Shown: one piece after another, positions 28,195 to 41,453 of the stretch | Numbering within the stretch: the first letter of the stretch is position 1 | How the letters are laid out: each line of letters starts with the position of its first letter | Origin: Dendrobates tinctorius | Lineage: Eukaryota | Assembly (NCBI RefSeq): GCF_039654945.1 | Contig: NW_027361823.1 | Span: 29,574,001 to 29,638,000 of the forward strand | Length of the DNA: 64,000 bases | Direction: 5' to 3' | Made by a program: the position numbers and the translations under genes | Notes under the pieces: generated by a model | What the model was told of the DNA's origin: nothing | Database searches by the model: none | The model's input: only the letters and a program-made list of their open reading frames with translations

Positions 28195-28687
28195 GGTCTA
28201 AGGGGTAAGGTTTCTCCTTGTGGAGAGTGACATACCAGCTCTGGCTTGTCAAGGTAAGGAGGCTTATTCGCCGTGCAATGCTCCTCTGGGAAATTTTATA
28301 TGCAAATTGCCTCTTCAGAGAGAAAGAGGACTTTTACTCTACAGCGCCACCTATTGGTAGTAGCGATCCTACAAGTCACAATCAACCCTTTAACAAGTCT
28401 TGTAATATGACTTAGGATAAAAGCCAAATCAGAATCTCAATTTGCAGACACGTGTTTCGGGCTATTGGCTCTCGTCAATGCAAAGTATGAGAACTGATTT
28501 GGCTAGGTCAGGGGCTCTGGACTGAGGTCTAAGGGGTAAGGTTTCTCTGCAAATTGAGATTCTGATTTGGCTTTTATCCTAAGTCATATTACAAGACTCG
28601 TTAAAGGGTTGATTGTGACTTGTAGGATCGCTACTACCAATAGGTGGCGCTGTAGAGTAAAAGTCCTCTTTCTCTCTGAAGAGGCAA
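28195..28687 (-). mobile_element. Non-LTR retrozyme (satellite-2-like, 331-bp monomer) insertion with an inverted segment
   Basis: 23-bp direct repeat at 28194 and 28525 gives a 331-bp period; 28548-28690 is an inverted copy of 28304-28446; 12-bp TSD TTTCCAAATCTA at 28183-28194 and 28688-28699; contains a hammerhead. Confidence 0.8.
28441..28484 (-). ncRNA. Type I hammerhead ribozyme (core variant)
   Basis: Minus strand TTTGCA-TTGACGA-GAGC-CAATA-GCCC-GAA-ACACGTGT-C-TGCAAA: 6-bp helix I, helix II, palindromic helix III, GUC cleavage triplet; C3>U change in the core. Confidence 0.75.
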
Positions 28688-28857
28688 TTTCCAAATCTAT
28701 ATTTTCCTGGGCTTTTGCAGTTGGGTGCCTTAGCATTAAATGAGTCACAAAAACCCTCCAATACTTCTAATGTATCAATAAAGGCTGAAGCTAAAATACG
28801 TCTCAAATATGTATGTAATGATTGGAGATTTTGCTAGAAATAAGATTAAACACTTTT

Positions 28858-28888
<31 letters not shown>

Positions 28889-29257
28889 GCCCTGATTGAA
28901 CAGTTTTTGCACTCCAAAAAGTCTCCGGTTCCTTCTACCTCAGTTTGGCACTGGAATGCAATTGCACAAGAGTTTTGTGACCTTTCGAAAAGATACAAAT
29001 GATGAATTGGGCTAAACATCTGGATAAAGACCATTTCCACATTGTCAAAGAAAAAAGAAAAAACGATAAAACCAAGTACACTTCAAAGCAAAACAAAATT
29101 AAAAACCTAAGAAAGAAAGCGCAGTTCAAATTAAATAAGGTGCAAACATACCGTAAGCTTCTATTGCAGCCCTTTTTACTCCATAAAAAGTTAAAAGATC
29201 ATGTTGAATCTGCACAGTTGTGTTATCAGACTGTAGCTTTAGTGACCCCTTTATCAT

Positions 29258-29315
29258 ATACATACATACATACATACATACATACATACATACATACATA
29301 CATACATACATACAT
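29258..29315. repeat. (TACA)n microsatellite
   Basis: Tetranucleotide run. Confidence 0.95.
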
Positions 29316-29767
29316 CAGTAAAATTGTGTCTGTGGCAGTAGCGGTTGATCGTGAGGACTGGCAGCAGGTGGTGAATAAAATGCCACTGCCATTAAAAGAT
29401 GGCATCTATAGAGGCTGACATGGCATTAACCCAGCGGACGATGCTGATTGAGCTGCTGACATGACAGAACTTTAGTCTTTTAATGCCAGGGTATTATAGG
29501 GTTTTTCCATATAAAGCTTCGCCACTGTAATTCATTAATAAGCTGTAGGGAGAGTTATCATGACTCTACATTTCGAGGTCTATTTTGCAGGAGGCAGTGA
29601 TGTCTATTTTTTTTTTTTTCTTACTAAACTCATAAGTATGAGCAATTTCTAATGCATTTTGTGCGTCGTTACATGTAACACTTCTTTCTGTGGATCGAAA
29701 AGGATTGTCCAGAACTAATATTTTGATATCTTCTCTGTTGAACAGGTCATCAGGATCGCTAAACAGG

Positions 29768-30214
29768 CAGTCACACCAGCGATAACGCTGGTATCTAAGG
29801 TAAATATCGGGTAACTAAGTGGCGCGTGTCACTTAGTTACCCGATGTCTCCCGGGAGCTGCCTGCACGCAGGTTTCTAAGGTACACATCGGATAACTAAG
29901 TGGCGCGCGCTGCTTAGTAACCTGATATTTACCTTAGATACCAGGTCCCAGCGCCTGCTTTGAGCGCTGGGAGCCTCACTGATCTTTGGCTCCTGCTGCC
30001 ACATGCAGCGATGTGCGCTGGCCAGCGGGAGAGCAACGATGAAAAAATGGCCCAGGACGATGCTGCACGATCAGCGATACCCGGCGAGGGGGGGGGGGGG
30101 GGGGGGGGCGGTCGCTGATCCCCGTCACACACAGCAATCTCGCTGGCGAGATCGTTGTGGCGTCACAAAATCGGCGATCTCGCTGGTGAGATCACTGTGT
30201 GTAATGGGGCCTTT
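29768..30214. mobile_element. Partial Harbinger-like MITE (AGCGAT family)
   Basis: Internal TAACTAAGTGGCGCG repeats; right terminus ..TGTGTAATGGGGCCTTTA. Confidence 0.55.
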
Positions 30215-32194
30215 AGGAACTGCCATTGCACAGGGCTGCCGTGTTTTGCCACGTAGATCGCTTATATCTGGCAGCCACCAGCACCAATAATGGCTGATCA
30301 TGGGCCATTTGTTGCCCCCTCCCCCCTTTCAGATCTGATATTGATGACCTATCCTATTTGTGACTAACTATGGGTAGGTAATCAATAATTTGTATGTCCC
30401 AGACAATTCTTTTAATTGTGTTCAGTCTAAACAGATGATTTAAGCATATCTGTCACAAGGTTATGTTATACATGCAGTATTCAAGAAACCTTAGATTATA
30501 AGTGGCTTCCGTTGAGGAAAAAACAAAACAAAAAGTAACAAAATAAACTCCTTTACCTTTCCTGCCTCCTCCACTGTCTCTCCTTGGTTCCAGCGCTGCA
30601 GCCAACCACTGAGCTCAGCGGCCCGTGCTAACTATGCAGAGCGGCTGCGCACATGGATTTGCTGCAGCGCGGTTTGTGATGTCAATGCTGCAGACAAATG
30701 GAGAAGCTGTGCTAGACCTGGGGGAAGTAATACTCAGTTTATTTGTTTTTAGTTTTTTTTTTTTTTTTTTCTAACCATAGTTGTTTAGATCTTTAAAACT
30801 TTCTGTAATGGGACAGCCCTCTAAAATAGATGTGAGATCTGATGTAGCTGGTGTGCTTATTTTTAAAATATGTGAGATTGCCTGTATAATCCTGATATCA
30901 ACATAAAGTGCAATGAAAGATTACATTTTTTTTTTTTTTTTATATTCCTAATGGGTGGTGGGGGGTTTGAAGTATTGGAGCCTGTTGTAAAATTGACGTT
31001 TTCTTGTGTATGACCACACTATTGGCACCCTACGATGCCAGCGCCAAAGCGGTTAATTTAAAATAGCGATGCACGCCATCCATACCTCAGAGTTGGAGTG
31101 CTTGGTGGTTGTATACCCCTCTGTGTTACCTTAGGGAGAGAAAGTCGTTGGTGGGCAGTGCGATCCTTCTGCGATTTCCTGCCTTCCGTCAGCCCCCCCC
31201 CCCGCAATAAAGGAATACATAAAGGGGGGGGTCCCATGGCCATATGGGCCGTAATAATATTTATTTTAATTTTAATAAAAAAAAGGGTTAAGTGCCCTCA
31301 GTATGGTTTGTGGAGAAGGGAATATCTGGTTTCTGACTGGTTTCCTTGGCGATGTTTTAACGGGCCAGGATTGGCTGGAGAAACTTGGCGGTTTTTCTGT
31401 GTTTATAAAAAGCCCTGCACTGGCAGTTTTTACCTCGGACAACATTTTCCTGAAGGAAGAAGATTCCTTATAAAGATGGAAGCTCTTCAGCAACTTTTAG
31501 CAAGAGCCGGCGAAGAGGGAGGTCTGGAATGGCTAAAAAAACTGCCTGGCGACTAGACCTTCATCTGCAGGGCCTGACGCTGCCTCTCCTACCTCAGCTC
31601 CATGTACCCAGCTCCAGACTCCGGGTCAGCCTCCAGCCTCAACTGTGGCACCCCCATCTGTAGGGAGAAGTAGGAGACCCCCGGCAGCCTATTTTCCTAC
31701 TACATCACCGCTGCGCTCCAGCCTTCCTGTCAGGGAGCAAACCAGGAAGTCTTGCTGTCCTACCACGAAATCCCGCAGCCCAACGCGGGACACCGGTCGT
31801 TGTCATCAAAGGCCAGGTATGTCAGCTGATTCCGCCGGCAGGACATACGGGCGCTGCGGTCGTAAAAGCACCGCGGCGGCCACTAAGCAGATTGCCCCGG
31901 CGCCGGCTACCACACTGCCCCCAGCGCAGCAAGCGACATCATCTGAGGAAGATGATGATGATGATTCACCTGCAGCCACCTCTCAGCTGCGCTCGCCCAA
32001 CATGGAGGGCTCGAGCGCAGGCTGTACAGCAGAACAGTCTACAGCATCCTTAAACCATGGAAAGGGTGATGACTTGAACTTGTCTTTATTTTCTAGTCAG
32101 AGTGAACTTAAAAAAATGATTAAAGATGTTCTGGCAGAGGCTTAAGGCGGAGCTATCGCTCCAATTCCTCAGCCGCCAGCTAGTATTGATTTAA

Positions 32195-34350
32195 CCCCTT
32201 AACGACCGCCGATACGCCTTTTAACGGCGGTAGTTAAGGGTACTAAAACCACAGTGCCGTTAATTCACGGCGCTGTGATTTAAGTGAAGAGCGCCCCCCA
32301 GTGTCAGATTTTCTCCGGGGTCTCGGCTGCCAGGGGTAGCCGAGACCCCAGAGAACATGAATCGGTCGTTTTTTACCGACCCCGCTTTTGCGATCGCCGT
32401 TATTAACCCTATAACGGCGACCGCAAAAAAAGCCACAATTTTACATTTAATTTCTCTTTCCTCTGATGTGATCGCACATCAGAGGAGAGAGAAATAGGGT
32501 CCCCCATACCTCTCCGTGGCCCTCCGTCCCCTCCAGGTGGTCCCACGTCCCGCCGGTGTCCTCCGATGGGCGCCGCCATCTTGAAAATAGCGGGCGCAGT
32601 GCGCCCGCCGGGAATCTGCCTCTCCGGCTGGCAGATTCCATTCATTATTTTGATCACTATGATAAACGATCGTAGTGATCAAAATAAAAAAAATAGTACA
32701 TAACCCCCCCTGTTTATCACCCCCTTATATAGGCAAATATAATGAAATAAAGAAAATATTTTTTTTTTCAGTTTTCCATTAGGGTTAGGGCTAGGGTTAG
32801 GGCTCGGGTCACGGTTAGGGCGAACTAGGATTAGGGTTAGAATTGGGGATTAGGGTTAGGGTTGGGGTTAGGGGTGTGTTGGGGTTATGGTTGGAGCTAG
32901 AATTGAGGGGTTTCCACTATTTACTAACTTTGGGGGGTCTAAAAATTGGGGTCGAAAAAAATCACTTTTGTGGAAATAAAAAACTTTATTTTCACGGCAC
33001 TGCGTTTATAAACTTTTGTGAAGCGCTTGGGGGTTCAAAGTGCTCACCACACATCTAGATAAGTTCCTTAGGGGGTCTAATTTCCAAAATGGGGTCACTT
33101 GTGGGGGGTTTCCACTGTTTCCACCGCAGACCATTCCATTAAAGTGCTGTCCAAAATGGCACTCCTTCCCTTCCAAGCTCTCCCATGCACCCAAACAGTA
33201 GTCCCCCCCCCCCCCCCCACATATGGGGTATCAGTGTACTCAGGACAAATCGCACAACAACTGTGTGGGTATGATTTCTCCTGTTACCCTTGTAGAAATA
33301 AAAATTTGGGGGCGAAAAGATCACTTTTGTGGAAAAAAAATAGATTTCTTATTTTCACGGCTCTACGTTATAAACTTCTGTGAAGCACTTGAAGGTTCAA
33401 AGTGCTCACCACACGTCTAGATAAGTTCCTTAAGGGGTCTAGTTTCCAAAATGGGGTCACTTGTTGGAGGTTTCCACTGTTTAGGCACATTAAGGGCTCT
33501 CCGAACGCAACATGGCATCCGATCTCAATTCCAGCCAATTCTGTGTTGAAAAAGTCAAACGGCGCTCCATCCCTTGCGAGCTCTGCCGTGTGCTGAAAAA
33601 GTGGTTTACCCCCACATATGGGGTATCAGCGTATTCAGGAGAAATTGTACAACAAATTTTGTGGTTGATTTTCTCTTTTAGCACTTGTGAAAATAAAAAA
33701 AAATTGGTTCTGAAGTAAATTTTTTGCAAAAAAAGTTAAATGTTAATTTTTTCCTTCAACATTGCTTTAGTTCCTGTGACGCACTTAAAGGGTTAATAAA
33801 CTTCTTGAATGTGGTTTTGAGCACTCTGAGGGGTCTAGTGTTTAGAATGGTGCCACTTTTGGGTATTTTCTGTCATGTACACCCCTCAAAATGACTTTAA
33901 ATATGATGTGGTCCCTAAAAAATAAATGGTTTTGTAAATTTTGTTGTAAAAATGAGAAATCGCTGGTCAGCTTTTAACCCTTAACTTCCTAACAAAAAAA
34001 AATTTTGCTTCCAAAATTGTGCTGATGTAAAGTAGACATGTGGGAAATGTTATTTATTAAGAAATTTGTGTGACACATCTCTCTGATTTAAGGGCATAAA
34101 AATTTAAAGTTTTAAAATTGCAAAATTTTCTAAATTTTGCCATATTTCCGTTTTTTTCATAAATAAACACAAGTCTTATCGAATAAATTTTACCACTAAC
34201 ATAAAGTACAATATGTCCCGAAAAAACAGTCATAGAATCAGCGGGATCCATTAAAGCATTCCAGAGTTATAACCTCATAAAGGGACAGTGGTCAGAATTG
34301 TAAAAATTGGCCTGGTCATTAAGCTGCAAACTGGCTCTGTCGCTAAGGGG
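32195..34350 (+). mobile_element. piggyBac-type non-autonomous element A
   Basis: TTAA TSD at 32191-32194 and 34351-34354; TIR CCCCTTAACGAC / GTCGCTAAGGGG; TTAGGG-like tract and long internal repeats. Confidence 0.88.
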
Positions 34351-34399
34351 TTAATAATCCTCTCCCTTTGAGAGGCAATGCAAATAAGAATACGTTTAA

Positions 34400-34922
34400 C
34401 CCCTTTCCTACATTGGACGTAATGTTCCGTCCATGTGACCTGGGCCCTAAGTCCCATGGACGGAATATTACGTCTAATGCGATCAGCGGCGCCCACGTGG
34501 TGAGCGCCGCTAATCGCGGCCGGGTGTCAGCTGATTATCACAGCTGACACCCGGCACAATGTGTCAGGGGTGGTCACGGACCGCCCCCAACACGTTAACC
34601 CCTTGCACACCGCGATCAAACACGATCGCGATGTGCCGGGGGTTAAAGGGAAGCATCGGCAGGGAGGGGGCTCCCACAGCAGCGCAATGTGCAGTGCTGC
34701 TGCGGGGGTCTCTTTCCCTACAGGTCCCCGGATCCAAGATGGGGACGGGGACCTTCGGGGGCCTGTAGGGAGCTGACTTCCTCAGTGCCTGCAAAGCGCA
34801 GGCATGAGGAAGTCTGCGTCTATGCCTGTGACAGATCGCTGATCTGTCACAGTGATCTGTGATGTGACAGATCAGCGATCTGTCACAGTACAGTGATGTC
34901 CTCCCTGGGATAACCTAATAAA

Positions 34923-34959
<37 letters not shown>

Positions 34960-37938
34960 AAAATAATTAAAAAAAAAAAATCGCTAAATAAATTAGGGAA
35001 AAAAAATATTCCCAAATTCATTTTTTGGAAATAAAGAAAAAAACAATAAAAGTACACATATTTGGTATCGCCGCATCCGTAACGATCTGCCCTATAAAAC
35101 TGTCCCATTAGTTAACCCCTTTAGCGAACCCCTTAAAAATTAAAAATAAAAAACGAAGCAAAAAATGATTTATCATACCGCCGAACAAAAAGTGCAATAA
35201 CGCGCAATCAAAAAGACGCATATAAATATCCATGGTACCGCTGAAAGCGTCATTTTGTCACGCAAAAAACGAGCTGCCATTCAGCATCAGCGAAAAAATA
35301 GTTATAGCTCGCAGAATAAAGCGATGCAAAAATAATTATTTTTTATATAAAATAGTTTTCATTGCATAAAACCGACAAAACATAAACGACCTAAATGAGG
35401 TATCGCTGTAACCGTACCGACCCGAAGAATAAAACCGCTTTATCAATTTTCCGCATGCGTAACGGTGTAAACGCACCCCCCAAAAGAAAATCATGAAACG
35501 CTGTTTTTTGTTCATTCTGTGTCCCAAAAATCGGAATAAAAAGCGATAGTCACGTGCCCGAAAATGATACCAATAAAAACGTCAACTCGTCCCGCAAAAA
35601 ATAAGACCTCACATGACTCGGTGGGTCAAAATACGGAAAAATTATAGCTCTCAATATGTGGTGATGCAAAAACTATTTTTACAATAAAAAGCGTCTTTTA
35701 GCGTGTGACAGCTGCCAAACATAAAAACCCGCTATAAATAGTAAATCAAACCCCCCGTTATCTCCCCCTTAGTTAGCGAAAAATAAAATTAAAAGAAAAT
35801 GTTATTTCCATTTTCCCATTAGGGCTAGGGTTAGGGCTGAGATTAGGGGTGTGTTGGGGTTGGGGTTAGAATTGGGGGTTTCCACTGTTTGGGCACATCA
35901 GGTGCTCTCCAAATGTAACATGGCGTCGGATCTCAATTCCGGCCAATTCTGCGTTGAAAAAGTCAAATGGTGCTCCTTCCCTTCCAAGCTCTGCCATGCG
36001 CACAAACAGTGGTTCCCCCCCCACATATGGGGTATCAGCCTACTCAGGACAAATTGCAAAACAACTTTTGGGGTCCAATTTCTCCTGTTACCCTTAGGAA
36101 AATAAAAAATTGGGGGCAAAAATATCATTTTTGTGGAAAAAATGATTTTTTTTTTTTATTTTCACGCCCGGGCGTTATAAACTTCTGTGAAGCACTTGGG
36201 GGTTCAAAGTGCTCACCACACATCTAGATAAGTTCCGTGGGGGGGTCTAGTTTCCAAAATGTGGTCACTTGTGGGGAGTTTCAGTAGTTTAGGTACATCA
36301 GGGGCTCTCCAAACGCACATGACACCCGCAGACCATTCCATCAAAGTCTGCATTCCAAAACGTCACTACTTCCCTACCGAGCCCCGACGTGTGCCCATAC
36401 AGTAGTTTTCTCCCAAATATGAGGTATCGCGTACTCAGTACAAATTTGGACAACAACTTTTGGGGTCCAATTTCTCCTGGTACCCTTGGGGAAAATAAAA
36501 AAATTGGGGACTAATTGATCATGTTTGTAGAAAAAATACGATTTTTTTTTATTTTCATGCCCGGGCATTATAAACTTCTGTGAAGCCCTTGGGGGTTCAA
36601 AGTGCTCACCACACATCTAGGTAAGTTCCTTGGGGGGGGGGGGGGGTCTAGTTTCCAAAATGGTGTCATTTGTGGGGGGTTTCCACTGTTTTGGTACATC
36701 AGGGGCTTTCCAAACGCGACATGGTGTCCGATCTCAATTCCAGCCAAAAACGTCAAATGGCGCTGCTTCCCTTCCGAGCTCTGCCATGCGCCCAAATAGT
36801 GGTTTACCCCCACATGTGGGGTATCAGCGTACTCAGGACAAATTGCACAATAACTTTTAGGGTCCTGTTACCCTTGGAAAAATAAGAATTGAGGGTGAAA
36901 AGATCATTTTTGTGGAAAAAATATGATTTTTTAATTGTATGGCTGTTTGTTATAAACTTCTGTGAAGCCCTTGGGGGTTCAAAATTCTCACCACACATCT
37001 AGATAAGTTCCTTGGGGGGGGTCTAGTTTCCAAAATGGGGTCACTTGTGGGGGGTTTCCACTGTTTAGGTACATCAGGGGCTCTCCAAACGCGACATGGC
37101 GTCTGATCTGAATTCCAGCCAATTTTGCATTGAAAAAGTCAAACGGCGCTCCTTCCCTTCTGAGCTCCACCATGCGTGGAAACAGTGGTTCCCCCTACAT
37201 ATCAGGTATCAGCGTACTCAGGACAAATTGCACAATAACTTTTGCAGTCCAATTTCTCCTGTTACCCTTGGTAAAATAAAAAAAAATTGAACCTGAAGTA
37301 TTTTTTTTTTGTGGAAAAAAAGTTAAATGTTCATTTTTTTTTTTTTTTTTTTAAATATTCTAAAAATTCATGTGACGCACCTAAAGGGTTAATAAACTTC
37401 TTGAATGTGGTTTTGAACACCTTAAGGGGTGCAGTTTTTAGAATGGTGTCACTTTTGGGTATTTTCTATCATATAGACCCCGCAAAGTGGATTCAAATGT
37501 GATGTGGTCCGTAAAAATAAAATGGTGTTGCAAAAATGAGAAATCGCTGGTCAAATTTTAACCCTTATAACTTCCTAACAAAAAAAAATTTTAGTTCCAA
37601 AATTGTGCTGATGTAAAATAAACATATGTGAAATGTTGCTTATCAAGTTTTTTGTGTGCTGTATCTCTGTGATTTAAGGGCATAAAAATTCAAAGTTTGA
37701 AAATTGTGAAATTTTAACATTTTTTGCCAAATTTCCATTTTTTTCACAAATAAACGCAAGTTATTTGAATGAAATTTTACCACTAACATGAAGTACAACA
37801 TGTCACGAGAAAACAATGTCAGAATCACCGGGATCCATGGAAGCGTTTCAGAGTTATTACCTCATAAAGGGACAGTGGTCAGAATTGTAAAAATTGGCCC
37901 GGGAGTTAACGTGCAAACCACCCTTGGTAGTGAAGTGG
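34400..37938 (+). mobile_element. piggyBac-type non-autonomous element B
   Basis: TTAA TSD at 34396-34399 and 37939-37942; TIR CCCCTTTCCTAC / GTAGTGAAGTGG; tandem ~380-400-bp internal units shared with element A. Confidence 0.85.
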
Positions 37939-38589
37939 TTAAAGAATCTTTAGTTTGTGAATTATCACCACTTGGATTCCATTTAAGTTCCGCTATTAAG
38001 GAACTTATTTGGGATGGACAGTACGTCGATTTATTCTCTCTTATTCTTCGCAGAGAACAGCCAAATAAATTGGGAAAAAAAAAATGACAAATTTGAGTCA
38101 GACGACTCTAGGAAGGTCTCAGTCAAGTCCTTCAATAATTGGATCTAAGTATTTTCCATTTATTCTGCTGTCATTGGTGAGAAATACCCAAATTTATGTA
38201 GTAGTCTTTTTCAACATTTGGACATAATCCTTGAGGCATATAGAATTTTTGGTGGATTAGCTTGGCTTAATTACGATGAAGCATGTAGACAGAAACTGGC
38301 CGTTCACTGAAGTTCACTGGGGGACTAAGGATGCCGGATTGTGGATTAATTTGATGCTTCCCCAAAGACAGGCTTTTTCCAGACAATTTTCCACCCCGGT
38401 GTTAAAAAAGGATTTTGCTTTGCATTCAATGACTCCTTTTGAAAGTGGAGTCACAACTGTAAATTCAAACATGAATGCTCTTTTTGTGGGAATTCCCATC
38501 CCACCTCAAAGTGTTTCAAAAAGCAGTCAACCCAGCTGTCAACTGCTAAGGACGCTAACACAAAAGGCCGTGACTCCGGTGAAGGTGGA

Positions 38590-40060
38590 AAACATGCACT
38601 ATTGGCTAAGCATTTATCCAAACAATGGAGATAAGCAAATTATTGTTTGACGGTTTTTCAGAAGGGTTTTACGTACCGCCCTTTGAGGGTGTTGGCTGTT
38701 CAATTGTTAATCTCCCTTCTATAAGGTTGCACCCACAGGTGGCAAGTGAAAAAATTTTGAATGAGATCTCGTTAGGTAGATTTGCCGGTCCCTTTTCTTC
38801 TCCTTTCAAAAATTTTCGGATTTCTCCGTTAGGCATTGTTCCTAAGAAAGAGCAAGGCTCTTTCCGTTAAATACATCACCCATCGTACCCACATTTTAAT
38901 TCATTGAATGAATGATCAAATTGACAAGGCAGCGAGCTCAGTTACATATGCCTCTTTTGTTTCAGCCATTCTCTTACTAAAAAAATTTGTCCGGAACGCT
39001 TTAATGTCAAAATCTGACATTAAATCTGCGTTCAGACTCCTTCCGGTACATCCAATGGGATTTAACTCTTTAGGGTTTTATTTCAATAATGAATTTTTCT
39101 TCGATAAATGTTTGCCTATGGGCTTTTCTGTCTTGCTTTTACTTTGAAACATTTTCTTCTTTTTTACATTGGGTCTTAGAATCCACTACTAGCAATGTAG
39201 GAATACTACATTATTTAGATTTTTTTTGTTTGTGGGACCAGCTTCATCCCCAGATTGCTTACATGCTCTTTCCGGTTTTGTAGAGCTATGTGAATTTTTT
39301 GGCGTTCCAATTGCGCATGAAAAAACGGTACTACCTTCCAAATGTATCGAATTTTTGGGTATTACTTTAGATTCTACCATGATGGAATCAAGGCTCCCTT
39401 TGGACAAGGTTTCAAAACTGCATGATGCTTTGTCGAAATTTATTAGCAAAAAAAAAAGGTTACGTTAAAAGAGTTGCAATCTTCATTAGGATTGCTGAAC
39501 TTTGCACTCAGAATTATTCCCATAGGCAGGCCGTTTTCAAGACGCCTTTACGAAGCTACGAAAGGTCTACCGTCTCCCCAGTCTCTTATCCAAGTTGGTG
39601 CGGAGTTGAAGGAAGATGCCAGGATTTGGCAAAATTTTTTATCAGATTTTAACGGAAAATCTTGTTGGCAGTCGGATTTTATATCTATTATATATTCCGT
39701 TCAATTTTCCTGTTCACCCCACGGCGGGTTGTGCAATTCTTTTCTCCTCTCAATGAACTGTTCAGAGGTTGTCCTCTCAATGGATAGCTATAGGTTTGAA
39801 TCAAAATTCCATGGTTTTGGAATTATTTTCAGTCCCAGTAGGTATTTTTCTTTGGGGAAGATTTATGTGGACTTCTAGGATTGTTTTACTTTCAGAAAAT
39901 CAAAGTTTTTTGTTGTCTGTCAACACCCTTTCATCTAAGAATAGATGGGCTTCAATAATCTTGAGACAATTGACACTCCTCTGCCTAAAATTTAACATTT
40001 GGATTAAAGCAATGTTGGCTCTAGTCATTGGAAAGAGGCTACGGAATCCTTATTGACAAG
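38590..40060 (+). pseudogene. Ngaro reverse transcriptase / RNase H remnant
   Basis: FRISPLGIVPKK, KSDIKSAFRLLP, DKCLPMG, HYLD(D)F, IEFLGITLDS, LGLLNFA..GRPFSRRL, in several frames with stops. Confidence 0.9.
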
Positions 40061-41453
40061 TCAACGAGTAATTTTTTGACAACAGGTTCCAGAGGCAGCT
40101 GTCGAAGCAACACCTTGCCCTCAAGAATTTTGGGACTTGATATCAATCTGATACCTTTTTTCATTCAACAGTCGTTATCTGAAAGATCATGGGCCGATTA
40201 CTCGGCTGCATGGTTAAAATGGTATAATTTCTTTATCGCCTTATTGGGGGACACAGAATACCATGGGTGTATGCTGCTGCTGCTAGGAGGCTGACACTAT
40301 GCAAAAACAATAAAATTAGCTCCTCCCCGGCAGTATACACCCACCGACAGGCACCAAGCACCTCAGTTTGTGCTTAGTGTCTGTAGGAGGCGGACCGGGA
40401 TCTCCCCAGATCCGCTTTTTTCTTTTCAGGTTTAGTCTGAACTTTTTAATTTTTCCCTCTTTTGTCTTTTAGGTTATTTTCCATCGGGAAACAGGGTGTA
40501 GTTGTCACCCTGATTTCCCATATCATGCGGCTGAGCGAGCAGTGTGGTGTCATCCACATCGCAACTCTCAGTACCGCAGGCAGGACTTTTCCCTTTCACC
40601 GGCCGGTGATATGGGTTGTGGACAGGTGGCTAGTCCTTGCCGAATCCCCCTCCTCACCCCTCTCTCGGGACAGGGCTGAGAGGAAGACGGCGATCGCAGG
40701 TATTTCAAGCCGTCTTCTGCAGGATGTGGGTACAGAGGACTCCCTTCCCCCCAGCGGCCTGCCGTTTCCCCGTGGGCCCCTGTGGTCATCCTCTTCAGGG
40801 ACGTCAGGTAAGTGCCTGTACGTTCCCTCCGGCCCCCGCATAAGCTCCAGTGCATGGGAGAAGTTGGATCTTGGGATTACAGGTCCACTGTTTTTGAATC
40901 TCCCGCCCTTTTTGCCTGCCGCGCGCTCTCACAATGGAACTATCCCTTCCCCTCTTAGTCAGGGAGACGCTGCGGATTCCTTCACTCACCGCAGCAGCGT
41001 CGCAAGCAGGGGACCGCTTCATATTTCATCCTGAGCGCGGTATGTCGGGGTGGGCAAGGGGTTGCAGCGCCGGCGCGGGCGCCGTCACTTTCACTTTCAC
41101 TTTCCCCTCAGCCAGGGGAATTTCTCTGCTCCCTCCTCCATTCCTGAGCGCGCTCTTTCAGCGCGCCTTTTCTAGCCCATCACAGGGCTTCTTTCTCTTT
41201 GGAATGCCAGCCTCCCCTCTCTGTCATGCCCCCTCCGTCGCTGGTAGCCAATCACGGCGCAGCCGCTAAGCTCCGCCCCCCATCTTCCAGCACAAGGATT
41301 TCCTGGTTGTCTCACTCCTTCCTGCGCTGTTTGGGGGACACTTCAGCGTTTTCTGCTGCTCACAGAATCTCGGTAGGCTCTGCTCTGAGGCAAAGATTAG
41401 CTCTCCTCGGCAGTTATTCCATAAATCCTGCAGCCATTCAGTGCAGTCTACTT

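Larger units (their letters stand above)
31477..38570 (+). pseudogene. Ngaro ORF1/gag, split by two piggyBac-type insertions
   Basis: ATG at 31477 (MEALQQLLARAGEEGGLEWL); low-complexity region to ~32190; resumes at 37943 (PLGFHLSSAIKELIWDGQYVDLFSL); C-terminal zinc knuckle (CKFKHECSFCGNSH) near 38420-38515. Confidence 0.75.

Noticed and set aside
28999-29418. 139-aa Lys-rich ORF
   Set aside because: A-rich low complexity plus (TACA)n; no recognisable domain or exon signals
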